This document shows positions 12,904 to 25,988 of a stretch of 64,000 nt of DNA, piece after piece (the stretch's first letter is position 1; the number at the start of each line of letters is the position of its first letter). The stretch comes from Eledone cirrhosa. Its lineage: Eukaryota. A model generated the notes under the pieces. It was not told where the DNA came from. It did not search any database and was given only the letters and a program-made list of their open reading frames with translations. Position numbers and translations under genes: made by a program. The stretch is taken from NCBI GenBank assembly GCA_964016885.1, contig OZ024760.1, positions 4,588,001 through 4,652,000 on the forward strand. Direction: 5' to 3'.

Positions 12904-15533
12904 TCATCTTGGGTTTCCTCTTCCTCGGAGTCCGTCGACAGTGATTCTTCTTACATCCAGGACATGATGTGGTACCCCGTCCACGGACACATTGTTCTTT
13001 GAATTTACGGCCGTCACCGTTCCCCTTCCCCATTGAGATGTGCAACGTGCATCTGGGGGCTTAACCCAGACTTCTTCGCCCACTTGCACGAATGCACTCT
13101 CTCTCCCCACTGGCCGTTGTGGTGGCGTGCACGGGTGCCGCCACTCGTATTTGAATACTGCTTTGTGTGGCACCGATTCCTCGACCTGTCCAACCCGAGG
13201 GGACATATTGTACCAGAACACTGCCTCCATTGGTGAGATATGGCCCCGCTCCGCCATTGCCTTGATCATCCGGTGGTGTCGCTCCACGATTCCATTCCCG
13301 CTCGGCCTGTGCGCCGCTCTAAAGAAACGGTCCACCTTCCATCCATCGAGCATCTCCCTCACTGCCTCCGAGCGAAACGCTGCGCTGTTGTCCATCAGCA
13401 GTTCGTCCACAGGGCCCCGCTCCAAGAACACCTCTCTCAACGTCCGCACAATTTCCTCGGTCGTTCCAGTCCTCATCTCCCTCCATATCGCCATTCGACC
13501 TGGTCCACAGTCGACCATCGAGAGGTACGTTCCCTGCCGGTAGTGCATCACATCCACCGCTAATCGCTTCCAGTCGCGATCCACCGGGAGGCTTCCCGTT
13601 TCGTGTACACCCGGGGCGGGATCAATGGACTGACATCGGACGCAGCCTCTAACCACCCCCCGAACACTGTGTCTGCTAACGTCCGAGTCGATTCTCCTGG
13701 CTAGGAACAGGCTCCTATCCACCCCCATGTGGTGCATGTCATGCAACCCCTTCAGATCTGACTCGGTCAGCCGACATACGGCAGCTATCTCATCCTCTAC
13801 CTCCTCTGGCGCTTCCATCCAGGCTTTCTTCACTCTAGTTAAGATGTCCGTCCTATTTTTCTCTGAGGGCACGAAAACTACGCTCAGCCTCAGGTCGAAC
13901 TCGGTGGCCAGCTCTCCTAACGTTCCCAGGTGGCGCTTTATCAGCATCTCCGCCGCGCCTCTTGTTCGCACTCTCTTCTCACTGGTGAGCACTGATCTTA
14001 CCCATCCGTGTACAGTAGCCGAGTCAGTGCGTATCTCGATGGTGCGCAGCCCCCACCGCAGGGCGAGGTTCACCCCTCTCAACACCGCGTCCAGCTCAGC
14101 CACATTGATGTGGTTGCAGTCGTCCTTCTTTCTAAGCCAGGCTGCATCCTCGACCTCAACACCTCCTATCTCCAACGTGACACCCAGAGCTATGCTGCTG
14201 GCATCGCACCATACGGTCCCGCTCTGTGATTTGGGAACATACCAGCGTCCCCGCACTGGGTCGTCGGCCTTCACCCTCCCCACGATCTCCTGCATCATGG
14301 CCACCGTCCTCTCTCCCACTCTGTCACTCCAAGTCACCCCTCCCGCTCGTCTCTTGACATAGCTGCATGCCGTCCGGAGCCACCCAGCGATCGGGTAGTG
14401 ACCCACCAGCTTTCCACACACCGAGAAAAGCTCCCGCCTACTCATACTTGGGCCCAGTTCCGGAACTTCGTTTCCCCTCTGGAATACCAAAACGCCCATC
14501 CTGTCTCACCGCAGCCTAAGTCCCAGTGCGGCTCCTCCCTCCAATGCTTCTGACGGCTTCGCAGTCAGTCCATACCTCCGTAAATGGCTCGTGACCTCCG
14601 CCGCCGACACCACCGACTCGTCCACTAGGACGTCGTCAATATAGGAGTTAGTAGCCCTCTTTATCTTGTCGGCCCTCCCCAGAGCGGTCTTGAGGACCGC
14701 CGCCATGATCTTCGGTGCGGTCTCAGCCCGAAACCGAGCCTGGTCAGGGTTTCCCCACAGACATCCGTGACCTCGCCACCCGTGTGGCATGACACGTGCT
14801 CGTTCAGTTCCCGATAGTCCAGCACCGGCCTCACCTTGCTCTTCGTGGGTTGCACCACCGCCATCAACAGCAATACTCCGCACTTCACCTCCTCCTTCCA
14901 GGGAAGCAGTATGCCCTCTTCGATCCATCTCTCTACTTCTCGCTCGAACTTGCTCCTAACCTTTCCCTTCAATGTATGTTGATAGCAGCCCACTTTGGTC
15001 TTCAGTGTTGGTGGTTCTCCCTTCCAGTACCACTCAACAATCCATCGCTGCCCATCAAACACGGCCTTGAAGTCTTTGTCCTGCACAGTGTAGGCAGGGT
15101 ATTCCTCCTCGTGGGCCTTCTGGTTCTCATGACGTACACTCACAGCGCATACCGATGCAGCGGCGCCAAACGACACACCAACATTGTTCACCGTGACGCC
15201 CCCTTGACGGCCAATCGCGTCCATGCCCATAACCACGCCGATCCCATCCACCACACTGTCTACCACGATGGCGGATAGCCTTATCCTCCTTCCCCGTACC
15301 GCTATTTCCATCTCGCTGCGACCTCGGCATTCAATTTTCCTGCCATCGACTGCCCTTACACTGCTCTTCCCTCCCCACCTCTGCGCCACCCCCGCGGTCA
15401 CCAGTGTCGTCGTACAGCCCGTGTCCACGAGGGCTCGCTGTGGCTTCCCCCTCACGAAGACTTCCACCACGGGCAGCGCCGCTACTCGTAAGGGGCAACT
15501 ACCGGCGCAGTAGTTCCCCTTGGATCGTTTCCC
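12904..15533 (-). pseudogene. pol: Gypsy-1 pol, disrupted (frameshifts and RT internal deletion)
   Basis: PR ALVDTGC; RT VRPVLDYRELN and YIDD in different frames; CGETL fused to TRLGFGL (intervening RT motif missing); RH WCDAS/INVAEL; IN H-H-CVRC, LAVD, MDN, GIVER. Confidence 0.88.
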
Positions 15534-16228
15534 TGGTCGCAGTTAGTAGCGATGTGGCCTGGTAGCTTACACCGGTAGCAAATTTTCTCCGGCCTCGACT
15601 CTCTACAGTCTCTAGCCATGTGCGGGCCCTGGCACCGAAAACAGCGCCGTCTAAACTTTTGCGGGCGACCGCGTGCCGAGGTTGCCTCCCTTTCACCATT
15701 TCGCTGCCAGGTGTCCTGAGCCTCCGTAGTTGCTATCGCCGCAACACTCTTTTTGGCATCTTCCGCTATGATCCGGGCTTGTTCCACCAGTGAACGCATT
15801 TCCATCTCTTTATAACCCGGGACTTGCTGCAGTTTCACCGCTATGTCGTCTGGAAATCCATTGATGAACGCCAACCGCACCGTGCGTTCGCATTCCGCCT
15901 GATAACCAGCCAACATTTCCGCTGCGAAAATGTCGACGCGCTCACCATTCCACCTGATTCTCGCCAGCTTAGCAAAAGCCGCCAACGGTCCCTCGGCGAA
16001 TGCATCCATCAGACGCCTCTCAATCTTCTGCGCATCTCTTTGGCTGTGCTCGTCCAACTCAAGGAAGAGTACCAACGCGTCCCCCTCGAGGTACAGTGCC
16101 ATGAGGCCAGCCACATCCTCTATCTTCTGCAAGCTTGCGACCAGCCGAACCTTCCGCAGCCAAGCGACAACATCACCTTCCCCGGTAAATGCCCTGATAG
16201 CTTCGTTCGTCCGTAGTCTTGTCGCCAT
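15482..16228 (-). CDS. gag: Gypsy-1 gag
   Basis: 248 aa with two zinc knuckles, CFRCQGPHMARDC and CYRCKLPGHIATNC. Confidence 0.85.
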   Translation of the reverse strand: MATRLRTNEAIRAFTGEGDVVAWLRKVRLVASLQKIEDVAGLMALYLEGDALVLFLELDEHSQRDAQKIERRLMDAFAEGPLAAFAKLARIRWNGERVDIFAAEMLAGYQAECERTVRLAFINGFPDDIAVKLQQVPGYKEMEMRSLVEQARIIAEDAKKSVAAIATTEAQDTWQRNGEREATSARGRPQKFRRRCFRCQGPHMARDCRESRPEKICYRCKLPGHIATNCDQGNDPRGTTAPVVAPYE

Positions 16229-16830
16229 CTTCTGATTTGTCTTGCGGCGAGTTTATTTTATTTTAATTTTTTTTTTCCAGTCGCCGAAATAGCTTGTGGT
16301 TAGAAAAAGCTATCTCACCGCTTTTCATAGTCGCCGCTAAACTCCACTGCAGGTTACTCGTCTTCCACGTGCGTCCAACTGCTTAACACTGGGAGCTGCC
16401 AAAAACTCGCGTCCACACCGTTTGCTGGTCACCACTAGAGAGAGGCCCTCTGCTGGCCCTTCCGGTCGAGCATCCTTCCGGCCAAGCACCCTTCCGGTCG
16501 AGCACTCCCCCGCACGCCACACCATACCCACAGAACTGAGAGACATGCTAATTAGGTCCTGTATTGGTAAAACACACACACACCCACACACACGGAAAGA
16601 GGAGGTGAAGAAGACATCCCAAGATGAGAATTAGTGGCAGACAATCAGCAGATCTGAAACTGTCAACAAAAGTTGATAAATGCAACTGACCGTGGTCATT
16701 GGAGCACTTTGGCTGCTTCGTGTGTCTCATGACACACGAAGCAGAAATATTTTGTACTCCTACTGCCTGCAATGGTTCACTGTGCTTTTCCACGGTGGGG
16801 GTAAAATTTATGTGCCTTGGTCATGCTTAA

Positions 16831-17060
16831 CCTTTTAGCATTGACATTACTCTATATATACTATTGTATTTTCATGGTAATCATGGTAAAAACTTTATTT
16901 TACATAATTATCTCACATAATATTGAATCAACGAGATTTTGATAATATTTATTTTGAGAACGATACCTTAATATAAGTACAAGCAGCTGGTTATGGCTGG
17001 TTTGAACAGAAAGAGGTGAGAGTATTCTGTCCGGTTACAACCAGTTTAAATGCTAAAGGG
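16831..17060. mobile_element. TTAA-flanked piggyBac-like MITE
   Basis: TTAA|ccttttagca ... tgctaaaggg|TTAA. Confidence 0.75.
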
Positions 17061-17179
17061 TTAAGGCTCAACATCATGGACGATGGATGTGAATGGAGCC
17101 GGCAATCCTTCAACTGATTACCCTAATCCAGTTAAACATCCTTATGGAATCAGTTGTAATTTATAAAATCAAATGTATG

Positions 17180-17665
<486 letters not shown>

Positions 17666-18889
17666 GCTGACCTAATTGTGTGTTACATCAGTTGAGAGAG
17701 AGAGAGGCCTGTACATCAGGTGAATCCAGGTAAATGTAGGTAAGGACTTTATAGAAACACACACCTCTAGCGTTACGGTGATTGTTGAAGAGGGAATAAA
17801 AACACACACACAACAATAACAGCAATGATACTATAAAAACTTAACAAAAGTTGTGTAAACTAACCAGACATAGCCATAGATACATACAGTATGCATACAC
17901 ATACATACAGTACACATACATACATATACATTCATACAGCACACATACATATACATAGATACAGCACATGTACATATACATACAGCACACGTATACATAC
18001 ATGCAGAACACACACACAACACACACACATACAGCACACACATACGCACATACAGCATACACATGCATACATGTGTGTGTGTGTGTACCATATATATATA
18101 AATATATATTGTTCTGTTGGTTTTCACTTCAATTTATTATAAATTTCCGGTTGGTTGGTTGGTTCTATAACAAGAAGGTTGTTTATATATTGTCAAAGTT
18201 CTTTTGTCACATTCTGTGACCCCCTCAGTGACTAGGTTTGTATTTTGTGTCTCTCCTTTGTTCTGAAGTGTATAATGAAATTAAATTGTATATTAAGAAT
18301 ATGGGAAAAAGTAACATGGGTTAGAGAAAAGTTCACATTTTTGTTTATTATTTCTGTCTTTCTCTCCTGGTGTTGGCCCCAACTGTATCACTATTAATAG
18401 TGCAAGTAGCAGAGAAGAATTAGTTTGTTCTGTTTTTGATGTTGACCACAACTGTAGTGGTAGTAGTGGAGGGAAAATACGGAGAAGGGGAGGGACAGAG
18501 TATATATATATATATATATATTTCATTTGTTTATATTAGAATCTCAGTCACTGTCTTCCACACATATACAGAAAGAGTTACACACAGACAATCGTATTCA
18601 CACAGTTATAATCTCCATGACACAAGCAATCAGTCATTCTCTCACACAGAATTAATCATTCACACAGACAAAGGGTGGCTTTTGTGTGGTCCATCGACCT
18701 ACTAGAAGTAAAAGCCAAACAACTCTCAAATCCTATCCTACTGCATAACATAAAGGTAAATACCATTAGATGATATCATAGCCTCAAATATGCAAAAGAG
18801 CTGGATGATCACACCTGGAATGCCTTTTATGATAGGAATGCTTGATCAAGGTTGGCCTGTGGAATAAAAAACAACCACCTTGTCATTCC

Positions 18890-19780
18890 TCCTCTTCCTT
18901 CTTTTTCGCCCACTTATTCCTGAGAGGGTTGTAGGGGCAGAGTCCTCAAATACTCCTTCCAACAGGTTCCGTCAAAAGCAATCCTCTCCAACTGATCTGT
19001 TGATCTGGCTGGATTCCCAAGTGAGACCAGCTAAGCTCATGGATGTTATCCAGCCATCTTGCTTGGGCTCTACCCCTGGGTCTCATGACGGTTGGTTTGA
19101 CCATAAAATCTATCCAGTGATTCTTTCCCGAGACATTCTAGCCACATACCCATAGTATTGGAGCTGTGATCTCTCAATTCAGAGAAGTAGTAGCTCTATC
19201 TGGAGTGACTCCCTGATCTCTGAGCTATGCATTCTGTTAAGTAATGTTACTCCAAAGACCCTTCAGAGGAACCCTGTTTTGGCCGCTTGTATTCATGATC
19301 GTATTCTTTTGGTCATTACCCAAATTTCATGACCATAGGTAAGGGTTCGCACGAATACCGAATTGAAGACAGCGAGTTTGGCTTTTATGCCTACCTCCCT
19401 TCTAAATACTGAATGTTGAATCTGGCACATTACTGCACCAGTTCCTGCAATTCTTGCACTTAATTCAGCCTCGTGCTTTTCATCACTCCTCAACACAGCC
19501 CCAAGATACTTGAACTTCTCTACCTGCTTCAGTGGAACTCCATTCACATGTAGAGTGCACTGTGCAGGCTTCCTTGAGAAGGACGAGTGTCTCGGTTTTT
19601 GCAGCACTGATTTTCATTCCGGCCATGCACCACTCAACATTAAACCTATCAAGTGCAAGTCGGAGATCATCTTCTATCGAGTTAAGTAACACCATGTCAT
19701 CTGCAAATTCCAGCTGACTGATTTGACACCCATCAGTTGTGATACCATTTCCAACCAGGCTGCACATGTCATTCCTACAC
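18890..19780 (-). mobile_element. Decayed RTE-clade LINE (second family), RT C-half to 3' end
   Basis: QLEFADDMVLL..KISAAKTE; LKQVEKFKYLG..LTYGHEIW; related pieces at 10910-11160 and 62690-63120. Confidence 0.8.
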
Positions 19781-21147
19781 ACAAAATTAATCATTCACAC
19801 ACATTAAATAATTTGCTCTCACCTGTTTCAAAATGGAAGGAAGGTGAAAAATATGGTTGCTGATGTCAACTTTATTACTTATCCTCCTAGAGCGTATTAA
19901 ATAAAGTTCCAGTCAAGTTCTGCGGTCGATTTAAACGACTTTCTTCTCCCCTAAAAATGACTGGCTTTGTGGCTAAATTTATTGTTATTATTTGGAGTTT
20001 TCTTGGTAATCTCAGTTCACGAACAATTTTTCTGAACATAAAAGATCTTGGTCAATGAGTGGTGTCTCAAGTAACAAACCCACAAGCCGGCAACAACAGT
20101 TGGTGACAAGCTAGCAGTATTGGCAGGAAAGTGTCACTTGCTTTGTAGTTAGTTACTATGCTGATATCTATCTGTTTTTCACACACACTCTCTCACTCTC
20201 TCAACATTTCGTATGGCAAAATAGTTTTTGTTTACAAACATTTCGGTTGACAAACGGCCTTCAAGAAAGAATTAAGTTCATAAACCGAGGTCCCACTGTA
20301 TTTAGATGAAATAAAAAAAATAGAAAGGGAAAGAAGAAAAAAGAAAAAAAAGAGAATTAAGGAATGAAGGAAAGGGAGTGGTGATTTAATGAAGGAAAGT
20401 CTGAGTAGTGATTCAAATCCTGCCAAGGTGTGCTTTGTCTTTTATCTTTACAGGGTCTCCCTCTCCTTATATAGATGAGGGTGAAGTCATAACTTTCTGT
20501 CTATCTATCTCTTTCTGTCATGTCTTGTCCCCTTTTCTTATGCACCCTTGTGGCTAATAAAGAAATATATCTATCTCTTTCTGTCACCTTGAAAACACAC
20601 GGCGTTTCCTTTCCTCTCTCTGTCTATGTATATATCTATTTCTTGGCACTCCCCCCTCTGTATAAAAAGAGCATGACAGACGGATGAACAGTCAGTGCTC
20701 TTATTATAATATAGGGCGGTGGATTGGCAATATCGGTATAGGATTAGACGCCATGCTTTGCAGCGAAGAGTTACGGCCCTTTATGGTCTGAGTTCAAATC
20801 CCACTGAGGTTAACTTTGCCTTTCATCCTTACGGGGGTCGATAAAATAAAGTACCAGTAAAACACTGGGATAATTGCTAGCCGTGTGCCAAAAGTAGAAA
20901 CAATTATAATATAGACAAAGCGAAGCCTACAGTCAGTAGGCACCTCTTAACCAAATATACACCCAATCCACTACCCCTACCCTATCCTCCCACTCCCACC
21001 AACACCACCCTCTCTCTGTAAAGTTGGTACCACAACATCCAGTTCAAATAAATGAGATAATGAGATCGAGATTGTGTAGGTGTCAACGTGAAATAAAGTG
21101 TATTGTGTGTATATATATATGTATATATATATATATATCTATATATA

Positions 21148-21175
<28 letters not shown>

Positions 21176-21182
<7 letters not shown>

Positions 21183-24100
21183 TAAAATAACAGATTAAAG
21201 TTTAAGCAAAGAATCGCTGCTTTCACCCTTAACAGGATCTTCTGAAACTAACAAAGTCAATCTGTAAACGCAGAACTGGATATTTAAAAAAACGTTGCAA
21301 CCGGAGGAACACAGGAAGACGATACTTTGGTTCGTGGAAACGTTCCCTGACAACCTATATCAAGTGGAGCGCAGTACTTACCATCAATTACTACATAATG
21401 CTGTAACTAAGGATTACCGTAAAACTAATCGGTGCGTCATCAATGAAATCAACGATGCTGGGTTTAAAATCACATCTGATCTCAACATCCTGGACCGGAC
21501 CGTACCTCTGGACCCTATTTCTCCCCACTTTACCCTGAATGATCACAAATCCAATTTTCCGAACAACCCCTCTATTCGGCTTATTAACCCTACGAAGTCC
21601 GATTTAGGTAGACTTAGTAAAACGATTCTTGATAGAATTATACCCGAAATTAGAAGTTTGGCCCCTCTTGCACTGTGGAACAATTCTTTCGCGGTGATTG
21701 ATTGGTTCAACGGCATATGTAACAACGAACATTGCCGTTTTATCCAATTCGACATCAACAATTACTACTCCTCCATCACTTTACCACTTCTCCTTAGAGC
21801 TATCAATTTCGCTAAAACACTCACAGTGGTTAAGGATTTCAAAGTTGATGTCATCCTCAATGCCCGTAAGTCGGTGATTAATTTCGACGACTCTATTTGG
21901 ATTAAAAAATCCAATAGCACCCCATTCGACGTGAGTATGGGCGTCAGTGATTCTGCGGAGGTTACTGATCTTATTGGCCTTTTCCTTCTTTTCTCTATCA
22001 AGGACGAATTCCCCAACGCGGGCGGTGGTTTGTACCGTGACGATGGTCTTTTGACCATGACTAAGTGCGGACCTCGTGCTTGCGACAGGTTCAGAAAAGA
22101 ACTCACAGCCTTCTTTAAAGGCTTCAACCTCTCTATACAGGTTGAGGCCAATCTCTCGGTTGTTAATTACCTCAACGTTACCCTCAATTTATTGAATGGG
22201 TTGTATATCCCGTATAGAAAGCCGAATGATACGCTTAATTACATAAGTAAGCATTCCAACCATCCTGCCAGCATAACCAAGAACCTGGTAAGAAACGTTT
22301 CGTTGAGGCTTTCCCGTCTATCTACTAACGAGCATATTTTCAACGACATTCCACTTATTACAATGAAGCTTTTGCTCGGAGTGGATTTGTCGATAAGGTA
22401 GCATATACAGAGTACGAAAATAGACCTAGAAGAAATAGATCCCATCGCATTTGTTGGTATAACCCACCATATAATATGGAGGTGGCCACACCATTAGCTA
22501 AGATCTTTCTTTCCCTTATTACGAAGCATTTTTCCCCTACACATAAATATAGTAAAATTTTTAATAGAAATACTATTAAAATTTCTTACTCTACGACTCC
22601 TAACCTTGCACATAACATCACAGCTTCAAATTTAGCTAAACTACCTAGCCGTAGGAACACGTGCAACCCTGTAGTTAGTAATAACTGTAATTGTAGGAAC
22701 CGGGAAATGCCTCTCTAGTAACATTGTCTACAAATGTAAGGTTGTAACACCCACGTCCCGTAGGGCCTACATAGGGTTAACCGCCAATAGATTCAAGCAG
22801 CGTCTTTACATGCATACCCATTCTTTTAATTACCCTCTAAGAAGGAATATGACGTCACTTTCAGCTTATATCTGGAGTGTAAAAGACAACCACACCCAAT
22901 ATAAGTTACACTGGGAGATCCTAGCTAGGGCTAGATCGTATAACGGAAATAAAAGACCATGTGACCTCTGCGCCGCTGAGGCCCTGGAAATACACTACGC
23001 CACAGACCACATCTTAAATAAAAAATCTGAGGCAATTTCGGCTTGTAAACATAAATTGCACAAAACTTTCCTGTATTACAGCCCCACGTTATACCCGAAC
23101 GGATAGTACGATCTATACATGGATATTTTACATCTTGATGTGGTAGCTAAGTATATGTTTTGTTTATACCATTACTTATTTGCATAGGTAAGTATATATA
23201 ACATGTATGTTTTGTGAAGGTACATATACCTTCTCGTATGTATATTTGATTGTATATGTTATGGCGTATAATTTTATATATCCTGGTACATATGGTTTGG
23301 TTATGTGTATACGGGAGTTTTGCGTCTGTGTGAGTATGCAGGTTCGTACCTATGTAGGGTGTGTGTATATGTGTACTTCATGTTTTGGTTGACTTACGTC
23401 TCCGAACATTTGTGTATTTACATGTAGGTATGTGCGTGCACTTGTTATATACGTATTTATTTATTTATATATGTTTATTTAATTATTTATTTTTTTGTAT
23501 ACACGCATACACAAACACACACATATTTATATGTGCGTGGTTTTGTATACCTATGGTAAGTGTTTTCGCGTATGCTTGTGTATGTACGTATTTGTATGCG
23601 TGTATGTATTTATTTAATTTCTATTACTTCTGTATTGTTTTTATTTACTTTGTTCTTAACCCTGAAGCAGAGATTCATTCGGTCTCCTAGTTAGAATTTT
23701 AGTCTACGACTTCTGCTATATCATTTACTGGGTTTTGTCTTTGCGTGCAATTGTTCTCCACGCTCCACATATGACGTATTATCTTCGTTTTTTTCGTTCA
23801 TTGCCAGAGAAGGTCTCTATGAACCACCTAAGAGAACATTAGTCTACGACCTCTTTTATACCATAAACGTGGTTCTGTCTTTGCGCGTAATTGTTTTTCA
23901 CCGCTCCTATTAATGACGTATTATATTCGTTTTTTCCCGTTCTTTGCCAGGGAACGTTTCCACGAACCAAAGTATCGTCTTCCTGTCTTCCTCCGGTTGC
24001 AACGTTTTTTGAAATATTCACTTCTGCGTTTACAGATTGACTTTGTTAGTTTCAGAAGATCCCGTTAAGGGTGAAAGCAGCGATTCTTTGTTTAACTTTA

Positions 24101-24190
24101 ATCTGTTATTTTAATAAATATTTGCTCTACGGTTCTTATATATTTGCTATATATTTATCCTTATCGAGCCCTCTTTGGATTTTAGTCTTC
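21176..24190 (+). mobile_element. Penelope-like element, 5'-truncated with inverted pLTR segment (21176-21349 is the reverse complement of 23948-24120)
   Basis: RT followed by GIY-YIG; terminal inverted pLTR copy typical of PLEs; flanked by TA-rich tracts. Confidence 0.9.
21350..23106 (+). pseudogene. PLE RT-GIY-YIG ORF with frameshifts
   Basis: FDINNYYSSI, VSMG, LYRDDGL, SNHP; CNCR linker; NIVYKC..AYIGLTANRFKQR..H..SF; CDLC..E..LNKKSE..CKH. Confidence 0.88.
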
Positions 24191-24213
24191 AAATTTATTA
24201 TTATTACTATTAC

Positions 24214-24245
<32 letters not shown>

Positions 24246-24383
24246 AATATATATATATCCAAAATTAAGATAAATTAAATGAATTTAATCTAAATCAAAA
24301 TTATGGGTGTCATGCCAGAAAGACATGCGCCATATCACCCGGAAAATAAGCTCCAAGATTCTAACCAGTAGGTTCGAGCATTT

Positions 24384-24501
24384 TATAATAACTAGAAATT
24401 GATTAACATATATAAAAACATGAATAATCACAGGAGATAATTTATAAATTATCTCCTGTGATTATTCATGTTTATATATATGTTAATCAATTTCTAGTTA
24501 T

Positions 24502-24505
<4 letters not shown>
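24384..24505. repeat. 122-bp near-perfect spacerless palindrome
   Basis: Centre ttta|taaa at 24444/24445; 61-bp arms with one mismatch. Confidence 0.9.
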
Positions 24506-24534
<29 letters not shown>

Positions 24535-24737
24535 ATAGTATTAGTTATACTATTTATGGTTATGTAAATACAAAACCTTATGCAGTTATAAGTATTTTAC
24601 ACACACCCTAAATAGTGGTAGGCAGTAATGTATTACTACCTTATTACCAGTAAGTTAAGTAGCTCAATGTAAAAACATCAGATGATTTACAGAGCAGTTA
24701 TATGAAATATAAGAATCAAAGAACTGTTCAAAACATT

Positions 24738-24790
24738 ATTGTGCTTACAGCTGTTTCCTCCAAACCGAGGTTTGGATTCTTCGGAACAAT
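24738..24790 (-). ncRNA. Variant type I hammerhead-like motif in a probable decayed PLE 3' end
   Basis: attgtt CCGAAGA a tccaaacc-tc-ggtttgga g GAAA cagctg TA agcacaat. Confidence 0.5.
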
Positions 24791-25620
24791 TTATTAATGC
24801 ATGGACAGTTATATGACCTCCTTTTCAGCCGAGAGACATACCGATACATATTCAAACATTGATACATATTCAAACATTGTGGGTCAACATTCATTACAGA
24901 ATTTAGAGTGGCAGTACACACTTCGAGATTACATTTATATTAAGAGGTACAATCAAAAATCAAAATACAGGTTAAAATACAACATGAAGATAAGCGGTTA
25001 TATAGTGCAAATGTTATATGTGTGGCACGCATGTGCGTCTTGTTTATATAGTGTGGCAGAGAGATATGTGTGGTAGAGGCACTTAGGTAGGTAAACAAGA
25101 GTGTTAGGTTGGTAGATCTGGTGGCAAATTCTTTATATGATTGATATAGTCTGTGTGTGGAGAAATATTATAAGCATTAAAAATAGTGCAAGCATTAAAA
25201 GTGTTAAAAGTATTGGAGATGCACAGCGCAGGGAAGTCAAGTATTTCATGTACTTCGGCATTTTCATGGTCAGGGGAGTGTATTTATCGATTATATGCCC
25301 TTCACCTAATCCACGACAATCCAGTTAGAGATCGTAGTCTGGTGTTCTTTAGTTCAATACAGGAGGCTGTTCCGTTTCGAGAAACGCCATTGAATACCGC
25401 CCGGAAGTGTGTGTGGCTAAGGGGAGTTAATGCATGCGGGGATGTAACTCTGGGGTTTCTATACCTAGCTATTAAAATGTGTCCCAAAATAGACCTTAAT
25501 TTCTATGGTGATGCGCATCCTCCAAGAGAAATTTTTAAAGCATAAAGTGTATTAACTATAGAGTAGTTTAATTAAGTTATGCTGAAGGTGATCATATTAT
25601 TATGGTGGATTAACCCATCG

Positions 25621-25668
<48 letters not shown>

Positions 25669-25670
25669 AT

Positions 25671-25957
25671 TGGTGCCACACCATCCAGGCCGAAACAAAT
25701 GAGATCGTGTAGGTGTCACGACAAAAAAAACACACAGTCCACGCTGTAATGTGGCCGTGTAGGCAACACGGTAAAAACCTCCCAGACCCACACTGTAAAT
25801 GTGGTTGGTGTTAGGAAGGGCATCCAACTGTAGAAAACCTGCCAGACAGTCCTATGCGAGCAAGACAATCACTCTTGCCTCAAGTGGGAAAACCCCCGTC
25901 CAAACCCATGCAAGCGTGGAACACGGACGTTAAACGTTGATGATGATGATGATGATG
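25671..25957 (+). mobile_element. RTE 3'UTR-only copy, tail-to-tail with copy A
   Basis: Reverse complement of the 3'UTR at about 25990-26385; (GAT)n tail. Confidence 0.88.
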
Positions 25958-25988
25958 TATAGATATATATATACATGTATATGTATAT

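Larger units (their letters stand above)
12537..16532 (-). mobile_element. Gypsy LTR retrotransposon 1 (defective): 5'LTR 16295-16532, 3'LTR 12537-12775, GAAC TSD
   Basis: Direct repeats with TGTGG..CCACA termini; PPT gagatcaggggggcg next to 12775; gag-PR-RT-RH-IN order; GAAC at 12533-12536 and 16533-16536. Confidence 0.92.

Noticed and set aside
13040-16235. + strand ORFs overlapping Gypsy-1
   Set aside because: Antisense shadows of GC-rich gag/pol with no recognisable motifs.
21295-21349. N-terminus of the Penelope RT ORF
   Set aside because: These codons come from the inverted pLTR; the element is 5'-truncated.
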